Positions 17,282-25,964 of a stretch of DNA of 64,000 nucleotides are shown here, piece by piece. The position numbers and the translations under genes were made by a program. The stretch is taken from the NCBI GenBank assembly GCA_963713215.1, contig CAVQKY010000005.1, positions 823,151 through 887,150 on the forward strand, written 5' to 3'. Below the pieces are notes generated by a model. It saw only the letters and a program-made list of their open reading frames with translations, made no database searches and had not been told where the DNA came from. The DNA comes from an uncultured Pseudomonadota bacterium (GTDB lineage Bacteria > Pseudomonadota > Gammaproteobacteria > Steroidobacterales > Woeseiaceae). Positions within the stretch are counted from its first letter, which is position 1. Each line of letters starts with the position of its first letter.

Positions 17282-17527
17282 ATGACAGTGACTATTCGAG
17301 CAATTGGCCGACATTGGCTCAGCGCAGGCCTGGTCGTGCTTCTGGCAGGCTGCGGCGGGGGCATCGAGCCCTGGGTCAAGCCCTATGAGCGCGACCGGCT
17401 GGCCGACCCCATCATGGCGCTCGACGGCGACCCGGTGTCCTCGTCCTACATCCAGCACGTCTATGAAGCACGCGAAGGCGCCCGCGGCGGCGAAGGTGCC
17501 GCAGGCGGCGGCTGTGGCTGCAACTGA
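17282..17527 (+). CDS. DUF4266 family small lipoprotein
   Basis: ORF 17282..17527. Lipobox VLLAGC|GG. The family-typical C-terminal GGGCGCN is present (..AAGGGCGCN). Confidence 0.7.
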   Translation: MTVTIRAIGRHWLSAGLVVLLAGCGGGIEPWVKPYERDRLADPIMALDGDPVSSSYIQHVYEAREGARGGEGAAGGGCGCN

Positions 17528-17534
17528 CGGGCGC

Positions 17535-18659
17535 ATGAACCTGCTTCGCCGGATTCTTTGCCTCGGCAGCCTGTCGGCGCTTGCCGGCAGTGCCGTTGCG
17601 GGCGTCTTGCCCGACGACCGGGGTGACGTGATGTATCACCGGTACGTCGGCGGCGGCGTCGAGATCGACGGCCCGTCCGTGCTCGTGCGCAAGAAAGTGG
17701 GTTCCAGTTTTTCCTTCGTCGGCAACTACTACGTCGACTACGTCAGTTCGGCGTCCATCGACGTCGTCACCCAGGCGAGCCCGTACACGGAGCAGCGCAA
17801 CCAGTGGTCGCTTGGCGTGGATTATCTGCGCGGCAATACCACGATGAGCGCCAACTACACGAGTTCGGAGGAATCCGACTTCGACGCGAAGACCTATGGA
17901 TTCGCAGTCAGCCAGGACATGTTCGGCGACCTGACGACCCTGACACTGAGCTATGCCTACGGCGACGACCTCGTCCGGCGGACCGACGATCCGGCCTTCG
18001 CGGAGCCCAATACACGCCAGGTCTATGGTATCGGCCTGACACAGATCCTCACCCGGGATCTGATCGCGACACTCAATTTCGAGACCGCGACCGACGAGGG
18101 CTTCCTGAACAATCCCTACCGCTCGGTGCGCTACGTCGACCCGACCGCGGACCTGGGCTACAGCTGGGAGCCGGAGCTCTATCCGCGCACCCGCACCAGC
18201 AACGCCCTGGGCCTGCGCGCACGCTATTTCCTGCCGTATCGGGCGGCGGTCGAACTGGAAGTACGGGGTTACACGGACACCTGGGACATCGACGGCCTGA
18301 TGGGGTCGCTCATGTACGTACACCCCTGGGGGCCGTTCACGTTCAGCGCCAAGTATCGATACCATGGACAGAACAGCGCGCATTTTTATAGTGACAATTT
18401 TCCGCGTTCCCAAGCGACGAATTTTCGCGGCCGCGACAAGGAGCTGAGCGAGCTCTACAGCAATACTTACAGTTTCAGGGCGAGTTACCAGTTCGTCGAC
18501 GAGAACCGTGGCTGGAGCTTTGTGAAGAGGGGCTCGGTTACCGCATCGTATGACCGCCTGTCCATCAAGTATCCCGACTTTACGGACCTGATCGCGGGCG
18601 GCGGCGCTTACATCCTAAAGGCAAACGTGTTCCAGCTTTACGTCTCGTTATGGTACTGA
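17535..18659 (+). CDS. DUF3570 family outer-membrane barrel protein
   Basis: In-frame ATG 17535 of ORF 17304..18659, 7 nt after DUF4266. Signal MNLLRRILCLGSLSALAGSAVA. YHRYVGGGVEIDGPSV..NYYVDYVSSASIDV fits my memory of DUF3570. Ends aromatic (YVSLWY). Confidence 0.65.
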   Translation: MNLLRRILCLGSLSALAGSAVAGVLPDDRGDVMYHRYVGGGVEIDGPSVLVRKKVGSSFSFVGNYYVDYVSSASIDVVTQASPYTEQRNQWSLGVDYLRGNTTMSANYTSSEESDFDAKTYGFAVSQDMFGDLTTLTLSYAYGDDLVRRTDDPAFAEPNTRQVYGIGLTQILTRDLIATLNFETATDEGFLNNPYRSVRYVDPTADLGYSWEPELYPRTRTSNALGLRARYFLPYRAAVELEVRGYTDTWDIDGLMGSLMYVHPWGPFTFSAKYRYHGQNSAHFYSDNFPRSQATNFRGRDKELSELYSNTYSFRASYQFVDENRGWSFVKRGSVTASYDRLSIKYPDFTDLIAGGGAYILKANVFQLYVSLWY

Positions 18660-18708
18660 TGCCACCTTAGGATGAAGTACGCCAAAGTTTGGGGAGTGTA
18701 GCGCTAGG

Positions 18709-19269
18709 GTGGCAACGCTCGCAGCCATGTTCCTCGCCGCCCTTTTCGCCGCCGGTATTTTCTATTTCAACCGGCTCGTGCGCGGCCGGAACCGGGTGGA
18801 TACGGCCTGGAGCGACATCGACGTCCAGCTGCAACGCCGGCACGACCTCGTGCCGCGCCTCGTCAGCGCCGTGCGTCAATACGCGGCCTACGAACGCGCG
18901 ACGCTGGAAGCCGTCACCGCCCTCCGCGAGCAGGCCATGCGGGCGGCCGACGTCGAGGCACGCGGCGAACTCGAAGCTGAACTGAGCGGGGGCATGGACC
19001 GGCTCATCGCGCTCGCAGAGAACTACCCGGACCTCAAGGCCAGTGCGAACTTCCTCGGCCTGCAGCAGGAACTCGTGCAGACCGAGAATTACCTGCAGTT
19101 CGCGCGCCGTTACTACAACGCGTCGGTGCGCGACTACAACACGGCGATCGAATCGGTGCCGGGCAATATCGTGGCAAGCCTGTTTCGATTCAGCGCACGG
19201 CCGTTTTTCCAGAAGGCCGCGGACGAGGTGGCGAACGTGCCGCCGGTCAGGCTGGGGTCCACGGAATGA
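18709..19269 (+). CDS. lemA: LemA family membrane protein
   Basis: ORF 18709..19269 (GTG start). N-terminal TM, then NRLVRGRNRVDTAWSDIDVQLQRRHDLVPRLV..NYPDLKA..YYNASVRDYNTAIESVPGNIVA, typical of LemA. Confidence 0.85.
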   Translation: MATLAAMFLAALFAAGIFYFNRLVRGRNRVDTAWSDIDVQLQRRHDLVPRLVSAVRQYAAYERATLEAVTALREQAMRAADVEARGELEAELSGGMDRLIALAENYPDLKASANFLGLQQELVQTENYLQFARRYYNASVRDYNTAIESVPGNIVASLFRFSARPFFQKAADEVANVPPVRLGSTE

Positions 19270-20969
19270 GCCCCCGGGTGCTGCTCGCATCCATGCTGCT
19301 GGTGCTCGCGGCGCCGGCGGGCGCCGAGGAGCGGATACTCGGATTTCATGCCGACATCCTCATTCGCGCCGACGGCCGCATGGAGGTGACCGAAACCATC
19401 ACCGTCCGCGCCGAGGGCGACCGCATCAAACGCGGCATATATCGCGACCACTACACGGAATACGAGGACGACTGGGGCAATCGTTTTAGTGCGGCGATCG
19501 AACCGCACTCCGTCCTCCGGAACGGCGACGGCGATGATTTCCACAGCGTGCGCATCGACCGCGGCCTGCGTGTCTATTTCGGGCACGAGGACCGGCTGAT
19601 TGCGCACGACGTGCACACATACGAGTACCGTTACACGGCCAGTCGCAATCTCGGCTTTTTCGAGGAACACGACGAGCTCTACTGGCAAGTGACGGGCTTC
19701 GACTGGACATTCCCGATCGATGCCGCGAGCGCACGCGTGTCGTTCGAGTTCGATCCGCCGGCTGCTGCGATCCGCGGCGAGGCGTACACCGGGCCGTTCG
19801 GCGCCCGGGACGACGACTACCGGATGCGGCGCGACGGTGCGGCCCTCATATTCGAATCGACACAGCCGCTGTCCCCGGTCAACGGTCTGACGATCGTCGC
19901 AGCCTGGCCGAAAGGCTTCGTCGCGGAACCCGGCACGCTCGATCGTTTCGGCTGGCTCGTGGCAGACAACCGGAATCTGTTGATCGCGCTCGGCGGCCTG
20001 GTCCTGTTGTGGATCTACTATGTCGTCGTCTGGCGTCGTCACGGCAAGGACCCCGAAGAGGGGCCGGTCGTCACCCGATACGAACCGCCCGCGGGTTATT
20101 CCCCCGCCTCACTCCGCTACATCAACCAGATGTACTACGACGACAAGGCGATGACGGCTGCGATCGTCAACCTGGCCGTCAAGGGGTATCTGCGCATCAA
20201 CCACCACGGCAAGGTTCACTCGCTCACGAAACTCGAACCCGGCGCAAATTCCCCGGAACTTGCACCCGGCGAGCGCGAACTGTACGAGGCCGTGTTCGCC
20301 GAAGGGCGTGCGATCACGCTCGAAAACGACAATCACGAGGTTCTCGGCCAGGCGCGTGCGGCGCATCGCAAATCCCTCGTCGACGACTACAAGCACCGGT
20401 ACTTCGAGACGAACACCCGGCTCAATGTGCCCGGGCTTGTCATCGCGATCGGTACCGTGGCCGCTGCACTGCTCGCCGGGCCGCGACCGTCCGTCCCGCT
20501 GTTCGTGGTTTCCGGCCTGATGGTCGTGACGCTGGTGTTCTTCGCGATTCACATGAAGCGGCCCACCCTGCGCGGCCGGAAACTGCTCGATGAACTCCAG
20601 GGTTTCCGGGACTATCTCGACGTCGCGGAAAAGGACGAGATGAACCTGCGCAATCCACCGGAGAAGACGCCGGCCTTGTTCGAGGCCTACCTGCCGTTTG
20701 CGCTTGCGCTGGGCGTCGATCAGGCATGGGCCGAGAAATTTTCTGCGGTGCTGGCAGCCGTTCGCGGCCCGGACGGCCAGGCCTACCAGCCGGTCTGGTA
20801 CAGCGGCAGCTGGAATCCCGCGACGCTCGGCGCCAGCACGAGCCGCCTGTCGGCGGGTCTCGGCTCCGCTGTCTCCGGTTCGGTATCGCCGCCTGGCTCC
20901 TCGTCCGGCAGCGGCGGCGGAGGCTCCTCCGGCGGCGGCGGGGGTGGCGGAGGCGGAGGAGGCTGGTAG
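19266..20969 (+). CDS. DUF2207 family membrane protein
   Basis: ORF 19266..20969, ATG overlaps the lemA stop. Signal, DILIRADGRMEVTETITVRAEGDRIKRGIYRD, several TM helices, Gly-rich tail SGSGGGGSSGGGGGGGGGGGW. The LemA+DUF2207 pairing is a common gene pair. Confidence 0.75.
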   Translation: MSPRVLLASMLLVLAAPAGAEERILGFHADILIRADGRMEVTETITVRAEGDRIKRGIYRDHYTEYEDDWGNRFSAAIEPHSVLRNGDGDDFHSVRIDRGLRVYFGHEDRLIAHDVHTYEYRYTASRNLGFFEEHDELYWQVTGFDWTFPIDAASARVSFEFDPPAAAIRGEAYTGPFGARDDDYRMRRDGAALIFESTQPLSPVNGLTIVAAWPKGFVAEPGTLDRFGWLVADNRNLLIALGGLVLLWIYYVVVWRRHGKDPEEGPVVTRYEPPAGYSPASLRYINQMYYDDKAMTAAIVNLAVKGYLRINHHGKVHSLTKLEPGANSPELAPGERELYEAVFAEGRAITLENDNHEVLGQARAAHRKSLVDDYKHRYFETNTRLNVPGLVIAIGTVAAALLAGPRPSVPLFVVSGLMVVTLVFFAIHMKRPTLRGRKLLDELQGFRDYLDVAEKDEMNLRNPPEKTPALFEAYLPFALALGVDQAWAEKFSAVLAAVRGPDGQAYQPVWYSGSWNPATLGASTSRLSAGLGSAVSGSVSPPGSSSGSGGGGSSGGGGGGGGGGGW

Positions 20970-21043
20970 TCTTGCAGGGAACCCCGGCCCGGGCCGGGAA
21001 TCTGAACAAGCAGCCTGCCACTTGAACTCTTCCGGGAATCCCA

Positions 21044-21667
21044 TTGAACCAGTACACCGTCCGTCGCCCCGCGCCGCAGGGCGCCATCCCGAATGTGATT
21101 TTCGCGCTGTTGATTGCGAACGGGGTCCTGTTCGCATTGCAACAGTTCAACAACCAGTTCCTCGTCATCAACTTCGGCCTGTGGCCGGCGGGGGTTGCCG
21201 GGTCGCCATTCGTGCCGTGGCAAGTACTCACCTACGGCTTCCTGCACGGCAGCATCATGCATATCGCCTTCAACATGTTTGCGTTGTGGATGTTCGGGCG
21301 CGAACTCGAGATGTTGATGGGGCCGAAACGTTTCCTGACCTACTATCTGACCTGCGTCGTCGGCGCCGCCCTTGTGCAACTCGTGGTGGCACGCATGCAG
21401 GGCGGGCTTTATCCCACGATCGGCGCCTCGGGCGGTGTTTTCGGCATCCTGCTCGCCTACGGTTTGGCATTTCCGAACCGGATGATCGTGCTGCTGTTCC
21501 CGCCGATCCCGATGAAGGCCAAGTACTTCGTCATCCTTTATGGCCTCTTCGAGCTTTACCTGGGGGTTGCCGGCACGGCGCCCGGGATCGCCCATTTTGC
21601 GCACCTCGGCGGCATGTTGTTCGGCTTCCTGCTGCTGCAGTACTGGTCGCGCCGGCAGCGGCGATGA
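21044..21667 (+). CDS. rhomboid family intramembrane serine protease
   Basis: ORF 21044..21667 (TTG start per track). Catalytic GASGGVFGILLAYG and HFAHLGGMLFGF motifs, six hydrophobic segments. Confidence 0.85.
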   Translation: MNQYTVRRPAPQGAIPNVIFALLIANGVLFALQQFNNQFLVINFGLWPAGVAGSPFVPWQVLTYGFLHGSIMHIAFNMFALWMFGRELEMLMGPKRFLTYYLTCVVGAALVQLVVARMQGGLYPTIGASGGVFGILLAYGLAFPNRMIVLLFPPIPMKAKYFVILYGLFELYLGVAGTAPGIAHFAHLGGMLFGFLLLQYWSRRQRR

Positions 21668-21682
21668 ACTGAAAGGGCGGAT

Positions 21683-22291
21683 ATGCCGATCGACAATCTG
21701 ATAGCCCTGGCGCTGGCAACTGCTGTGCTCGTCGCGATTCCCGGCCCGAACGTCGCCCTCACCGTCGCCAACAGCCTGCGGTTCGGCTTTGGCGCGGGCG
21801 CCCTCACGGCGGCGGGCGCGGTCGCAGGTGTCGGCGTGCAACTCGCGCTGGTCGTCTTCGGCATGGCAGCCCTCGTCGAGTTCGTGGCCTCCGCCCTGAC
21901 CTGGATCAAGTGGCTCGGCGTCGTATACCTCCTCGTGCTGGGCATCCTCACGTGGCGCTGTCCCGCCGGCGAACTGGCTCAAGTTGCCGCCGGCCGGCGC
22001 GTCTTCGGCCACGCGTTCCTTATTGCCGTGGCAAATCCGAAGACGCTCATGTTCAATGCCGCTTTTCTCCCGCAGTTCGTCCCGGCCGGTGCGGGATTCG
22101 CCGAACTGTCGCAGGCCGCGGCGGTTTTGCTCGGGGTGGTATTCGCGGGCGACCTCTGCTGGGCGATTTTTGCGAGCCGTGCACGCTCCTGGCTTGCAAG
22201 GTCTGCGACAATCAGGAACCGGCTGACCGGCGCATTTCTTGTCGCCGCAGGCTTGGGCCTTGCCCTGTCGCGAAAGCAGCAGGTGCCATGA
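21683..22291 (+). CDS. LysE/RhtB family amino-acid exporter
   Basis: ORF 21683..22291. About 200 aa, AIPGPNVALTV..ANPKTLMFNAAFLPQF pattern typical of LysE family. Confidence 0.8.
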   Translation: MPIDNLIALALATAVLVAIPGPNVALTVANSLRFGFGAGALTAAGAVAGVGVQLALVVFGMAALVEFVASALTWIKWLGVVYLLVLGILTWRCPAGELAQVAAGRRVFGHAFLIAVANPKTLMFNAAFLPQFVPAGAGFAELSQAAAVLLGVVFAGDLCWAIFASRARSWLARSATIRNRLTGAFLVAAGLGLALSRKQQVP

Positions 22292-22311
22292 AGGAATCTG
22301 ACGGAGACGAC

Positions 22312-23853
22312 ATGAGGATGAAACGCAGGGATTTTCTCGGGCAGGTGGCGGCGGGCAGCGCCATCGTCAGCATGCCCGGCTTTCTCGGCGGGTGTGGCGT
22401 GCAGCCGGCGACGCGTATAGCGGCGGCGACGCCGGCCAACCCGTTCATGGACTGGTTCGGCGTGGACCAGGCCATCGTGACGCGGGTCATGGCCGAGCTG
22501 ACAGCGAACGGCGCCGATGCGGCTGACCTGTACTTCCAGCACACGCGCACGAATTTCCTGCAGCTCGAGGACGGCATCGTGTCGAATGCGAACTCCGGGA
22601 TCGAGCAGGGCGTGGGCCTCCGGGTCGTCATCGGCGACCAGACCGGCTATGCATTTACCGAGGACCTCGGAATGTCCTCCATGCTCGGCGCCGCACGCAC
22701 CGCCTCCGCCATTGCCGCGCGTGGCGCCGCGGTGCCGCCGCAATCCTTCGATCCGGCGGCGATGGGGCGCCTGTACACGACGTCTGTGCCCTGGGCGGAG
22801 GTCGGCATCGATCGAAAGCTTCCGCTCCTGAAGTTCGTCGAGGCGCGCGCGAGGTCCCTGGACCCGGCTGTTGACCGGGTTGCCGTGTACTGGAACGACG
22901 CCGACGAACGGGTGATGATCGCGACCCTCGATGGCCGACTGGTCATGGATCACCGGCCCATGACGCGCGTTACGGTCACGATCAGTGCGAAAAAGGGCGG
23001 TGAGGTACAGTCCGGTTTCTCGAATATTGCCGCGCGCGAAGATTTTTCCTGGTACACGGAGGCCCGCCTGGACGCCATGGTGCAGGAGGCCGTCGACCGG
23101 ACGCTGATACTGTTCGAGGCACGCCGGCCGCCGGCCGGCGAGATGCCCGTCATTCTCGCCTCGGGCGCCAGCGGCATCCTCCTGCACGAAGCGATCGGTC
23201 ACGGCATGGAAGCGGATTTCAACCGCAAGGGCACGAGCATCTATTCCGACATGATCGGCAAGGAAGTCGCAGCCCCGTTCGTGACCGTCGTCGACCAGGC
23301 TACGATCCCGAAAGAGCGCGGCGCGATCAATTACGACGACGAGGGAAATGCGGCCGGCCGGACGGTACTCGTGGAAAACGGCATCCTCAAGTCCTACCTG
23401 CACGACACGATCAGCGCCCGGCAGTACGGACTGGCGCCGACCGGGTCGGGACGTCGCGAGTCCTACCGATTCGCGCCCATGCCGCGGATGAGCTGCACGT
23501 TCATGGACGACGGTCCGCACACCCGGGACGAGATCATCGCGGCGGTGGATCACGGCATTATTTGCGAAACCTACACGAACGGACAGGTCGAGATCGGTGC
23601 CGGCGATTACACCTTCTACGTCAAGAACGGCTGGCTCGTGGAAGGAGGACGCATTACTGCGCCAATCAAGGACGTCAATATCATCGGCAACGGACCGGAC
23701 TCGCTCAGGGACATAACGATGGTGGCAAACGATGCGCGTCTCGATACCGGCGGCTGGACCTGTGGCAAGAATGGCCAGAGCGTCCCCGTAAGCCAGGGCA
23801 TCCCGACCGTGCTGGTATCGAAAATGACCGTGGGAGGCGAAAATGTCGGCTGA
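22312..23853 (+). CDS. tldD: TldD-family metallopeptidase with Tat signal and lipobox
   Basis: In-frame ATG of ORF 21910..23853. MRMKRRDFLGQVAAGSAIVSMPGFLGGCG. Catalytic HEAIGHGME motif and C-terminal GxC..NGQSVPVSQG typical of TldD. Confidence 0.8.
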   Translation: MRMKRRDFLGQVAAGSAIVSMPGFLGGCGVQPATRIAAATPANPFMDWFGVDQAIVTRVMAELTANGADAADLYFQHTRTNFLQLEDGIVSNANSGIEQGVGLRVVIGDQTGYAFTEDLGMSSMLGAARTASAIAARGAAVPPQSFDPAAMGRLYTTSVPWAEVGIDRKLPLLKFVEARARSLDPAVDRVAVYWNDADERVMIATLDGRLVMDHRPMTRVTVTISAKKGGEVQSGFSNIAAREDFSWYTEARLDAMVQEAVDRTLILFEARRPPAGEMPVILASGASGILLHEAIGHGMEADFNRKGTSIYSDMIGKEVAAPFVTVVDQATIPKERGAINYDDEGNAAGRTVLVENGILKSYLHDTISARQYGLAPTGSGRRESYRFAPMPRMSCTFMDDGPHTRDEIIAAVDHGIICETYTNGQVEIGAGDYTFYVKNGWLVEGGRITAPIKDVNIIGNGPDSLRDITMVANDARLDTGGWTCGKNGQSVPVSQGIPTVLVSKMTVGGENVG

Positions 23854-25159
23854 GCTGCAGGATCGCGCGGCACAGGCGGTTGAGGTTGCGATCGTCTCGG
23901 GCGCCGGCGACGCCTGGGCCACCCTGAGCCAGAGCCGGGACGTGGAATTCGAATATCGCGACGGCAAGCTCGAGAAGGTGAAAGATGCGACGTCGCAGAA
24001 TATCGAACTGCGCATCTACGCGGACGGGCGCTACGCGACCCATGCCACGACCGACCTCGATGGCGATCGTTTACCAGGCTTCGTGCGTGAGGCAGTTGCG
24101 ATTACCCGCGCACTCGAGCCCGACGCGTACCGCAAGATCACGCCGGCGGAACTCTTCCGCGATCTCCCCGGCGATGACCTCGACCTGGTCGACGACACGG
24201 TCGTGACACTCGACCGCGAGCAACGCATGCGCTGGTGCGAAACGCTGGACGCGAGCGCCCGCGACCATCCTCGCGTCATTTCCGCGACGGCCGGCGTTTA
24301 CGATGGCGTGAGCCGCATAGCCTCTGCAAGCAGCAACGGCTTCAGCGGTACGCGGCAGTCGACCTATTGCTGGTTCGGTTCCGAGGTAACGCTCAGGGAC
24401 AGAGGAGAGAAGCGGGCCGCGGACTGGTTCTACGCAGGCGGCGCGCACGTGGCGGACCTGCCCGATGCCGCGGGCGTCGGCCGCCAGGCGCTCGAACGCG
24501 CGCTCGTGCGCCTCGATTCCGCACGGGGGCCGTCGCGCCGGACAGCCATGGTGGTGGATGCCCGCGCAGCGGGCTCGCTCATCGACCGGCTGCTCCGGCC
24601 CGCAAATGCGCGAAGCGTGCAGCAGGGGCAGTCATTCTGGGCCGGGAGGATCGGCAGTCAGCCTTTCAGCAGCACGCTAGGCATCGTCGATGACCCGCTG
24701 ATCCCGCGCGGCCTGGCTTCGCGCCATTTCGACAGCGAGGGCATCTCGGCTCGCGCTATCCCCATCGTCGAGAACGGGACGATCCAGAACATCTATGTCG
24801 ATACCTACTACGGACTCAAAGGGGAGATGGCGCCGACGACGGGTGAACCGTCGAACCGCCGGGTCGCATCCGGTACGCGCTCGATCGACGAACTCCTTTT
24901 GGATGTCGGTGCCGGCATCTATGTGACTTCCTGGCTCGGCGGCAATGCGGACAGCACCACCGGCGATTTCTCACTCGGCCTGCGCGGCCATCTCGTCGAG
25001 AACGGCGAAATCGGTGCGCCGGTCGGAGAGATGAACGTCACCGGCAATCTCGTCGAGCTGTTCGCGCGGCTCCAGCTCGTCGGCAACGACGTCTATCCGT
25101 ACGCGGCGACGCTGTCGCCCTCGCTGGTGTTCGCCGACGTCGACTTTTCAGGCGCCTGA
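23843..25159 (+). CDS. pmbA: PmbA/TldE-family protein, no signal peptide
   Basis: ORF 23843..25159, overlaps the tldD end by 11 nt. N-terminus MSAELQDRAAQAVEVAIVSGAGDAWATL is cytoplasmic-looking. No HExxH. TldD/PmbA fold-like C-terminus (GDFSLGLRGHLVENGEIG). Confidence 0.75.
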   Translation: MSAELQDRAAQAVEVAIVSGAGDAWATLSQSRDVEFEYRDGKLEKVKDATSQNIELRIYADGRYATHATTDLDGDRLPGFVREAVAITRALEPDAYRKITPAELFRDLPGDDLDLVDDTVVTLDREQRMRWCETLDASARDHPRVISATAGVYDGVSRIASASSNGFSGTRQSTYCWFGSEVTLRDRGEKRAADWFYAGGAHVADLPDAAGVGRQALERALVRLDSARGPSRRTAMVVDARAAGSLIDRLLRPANARSVQQGQSFWAGRIGSQPFSSTLGIVDDPLIPRGLASRHFDSEGISARAIPIVENGTIQNIYVDTYYGLKGEMAPTTGEPSNRRVASGTRSIDELLLDVGAGIYVTSWLGGNADSTTGDFSLGLRGHLVENGEIGAPVGEMNVTGNLVELFARLQLVGNDVYPYAATLSPSLVFADVDFSGA

Positions 25160-25168
25160 GGGTTTCGA

Positions 25169-25903
25169 TCAGGCCCCGAGGCCACCGTCGACCGGAATTA
25201 CTGCGCCCGTGATGTGGCCCGCGTCCTCGCTCGCGAGAAACCGGACGACGGCGGCGACATCTTCGGGGGTGGCGATGCTGCCGTTCGGGCTCAGCGCCGC
25301 CGCGCGTTCCAGGAAGTCGTCGATCTCCTCGCCGGCGACTTCCGCCTCGGTGGCGAGCATCGGGGTATCGACCCGGCCCGGGCATACGGCATTGATACGC
25401 ACACCGTCCGCGGCATGGTCGCGCGCCATCGTGCGAGTCAGCATGATCAGCCCCGCTTTGCTCGTCGCATAAGCAACGCTGCGCGTCTCGGCGCGCACGC
25501 CACTCGCGCAGGAGATGTTGATGATCGAGCCTTCGGATTCGAGCAGGTGCGGCAACGCGGCGCGGGACAGGTAGAACGGAATGTCGAGATTGGCGGCCAG
25601 CGTGTCCCGCCAGGCTTCGTCGGACGTCTCGGCAGCAGTACCGCGAAGCAACACGCCTGCCGAATTGACGAGACAGTCGACCTGCCCGAATTCGTCCAGG
25701 GTGTCGGCAATGAGCTCGTCGCAGTCCTCGGCCGATGACAGCTCGCCGGCCCAGGTGACGATGTTTTCCGCAGCGTCCGCGACCTCGTCCAGGCGACCTT
25801 CATCGCGGCCGCAGGCCATTACGTCCCAGCCTGCTTCGCCGAATGCGATGGCGATGGCGGCGCCGATGCCGGAACTCGCTCCCGTCACGACCAGAACACT
25901 CAT
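25169..25903 (-). CDS. SDR family oxidoreductase
   Basis: Start at MSVLVVTGASSGIGAAIA (25903) within ORF 25169..26332. TGxxxGIG, NSAG and YxxxK (YATSKAG) motifs. Confidence 0.85.
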   Translation of the reverse strand: MSVLVVTGASSGIGAAIAIAFGEAGWDVMACGRDEGRLDEVADAAENIVTWAGELSSAEDCDELIADTLDEFGQVDCLVNSAGVLLRGTAAETSDEAWRDTLAANLDIPFYLSRAALPHLLESEGSIINISCASGVRAETRSVAYATSKAGLIMLTRTMARDHAADGVRINAVCPGRVDTPMLATEAEVAGEEIDDFLERAAALSPNGSIATPEDVAAVVRFLASEDAGHITGAVIPVDGGLGA

Positions 25904-25964
25904 GCTGTATCCTCGCTGGGACGCTTCCTGAAAAGAGTGTAGCTCAGCTTGGCGGGATCGGAAC

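Noticed and set aside
20900-20966. GGC/GGA-rich simple repeat
   Set aside because: It encodes the Gly-rich C-terminal tail typical of DUF2207 proteins and is in frame, so it is not an independent repeat feature.
20983-20998. Perfect 16-bp palindrome CCCGGCCCGGGCCGGG after the DUF2207 gene, as an intrinsic terminator
   Set aside because: The stem would be only ~6 bp with a 4-nt loop and no U tract follows, so I cannot support a terminator call. It is mentioned under the LemA/DUF2207/rhomboid finding.
21979-24015. 678-aa ORF on the - strand
   Set aside because: It is antisense to tldD/pmbA, and the translation has no motif and is biased toward Arg/Ala/His.
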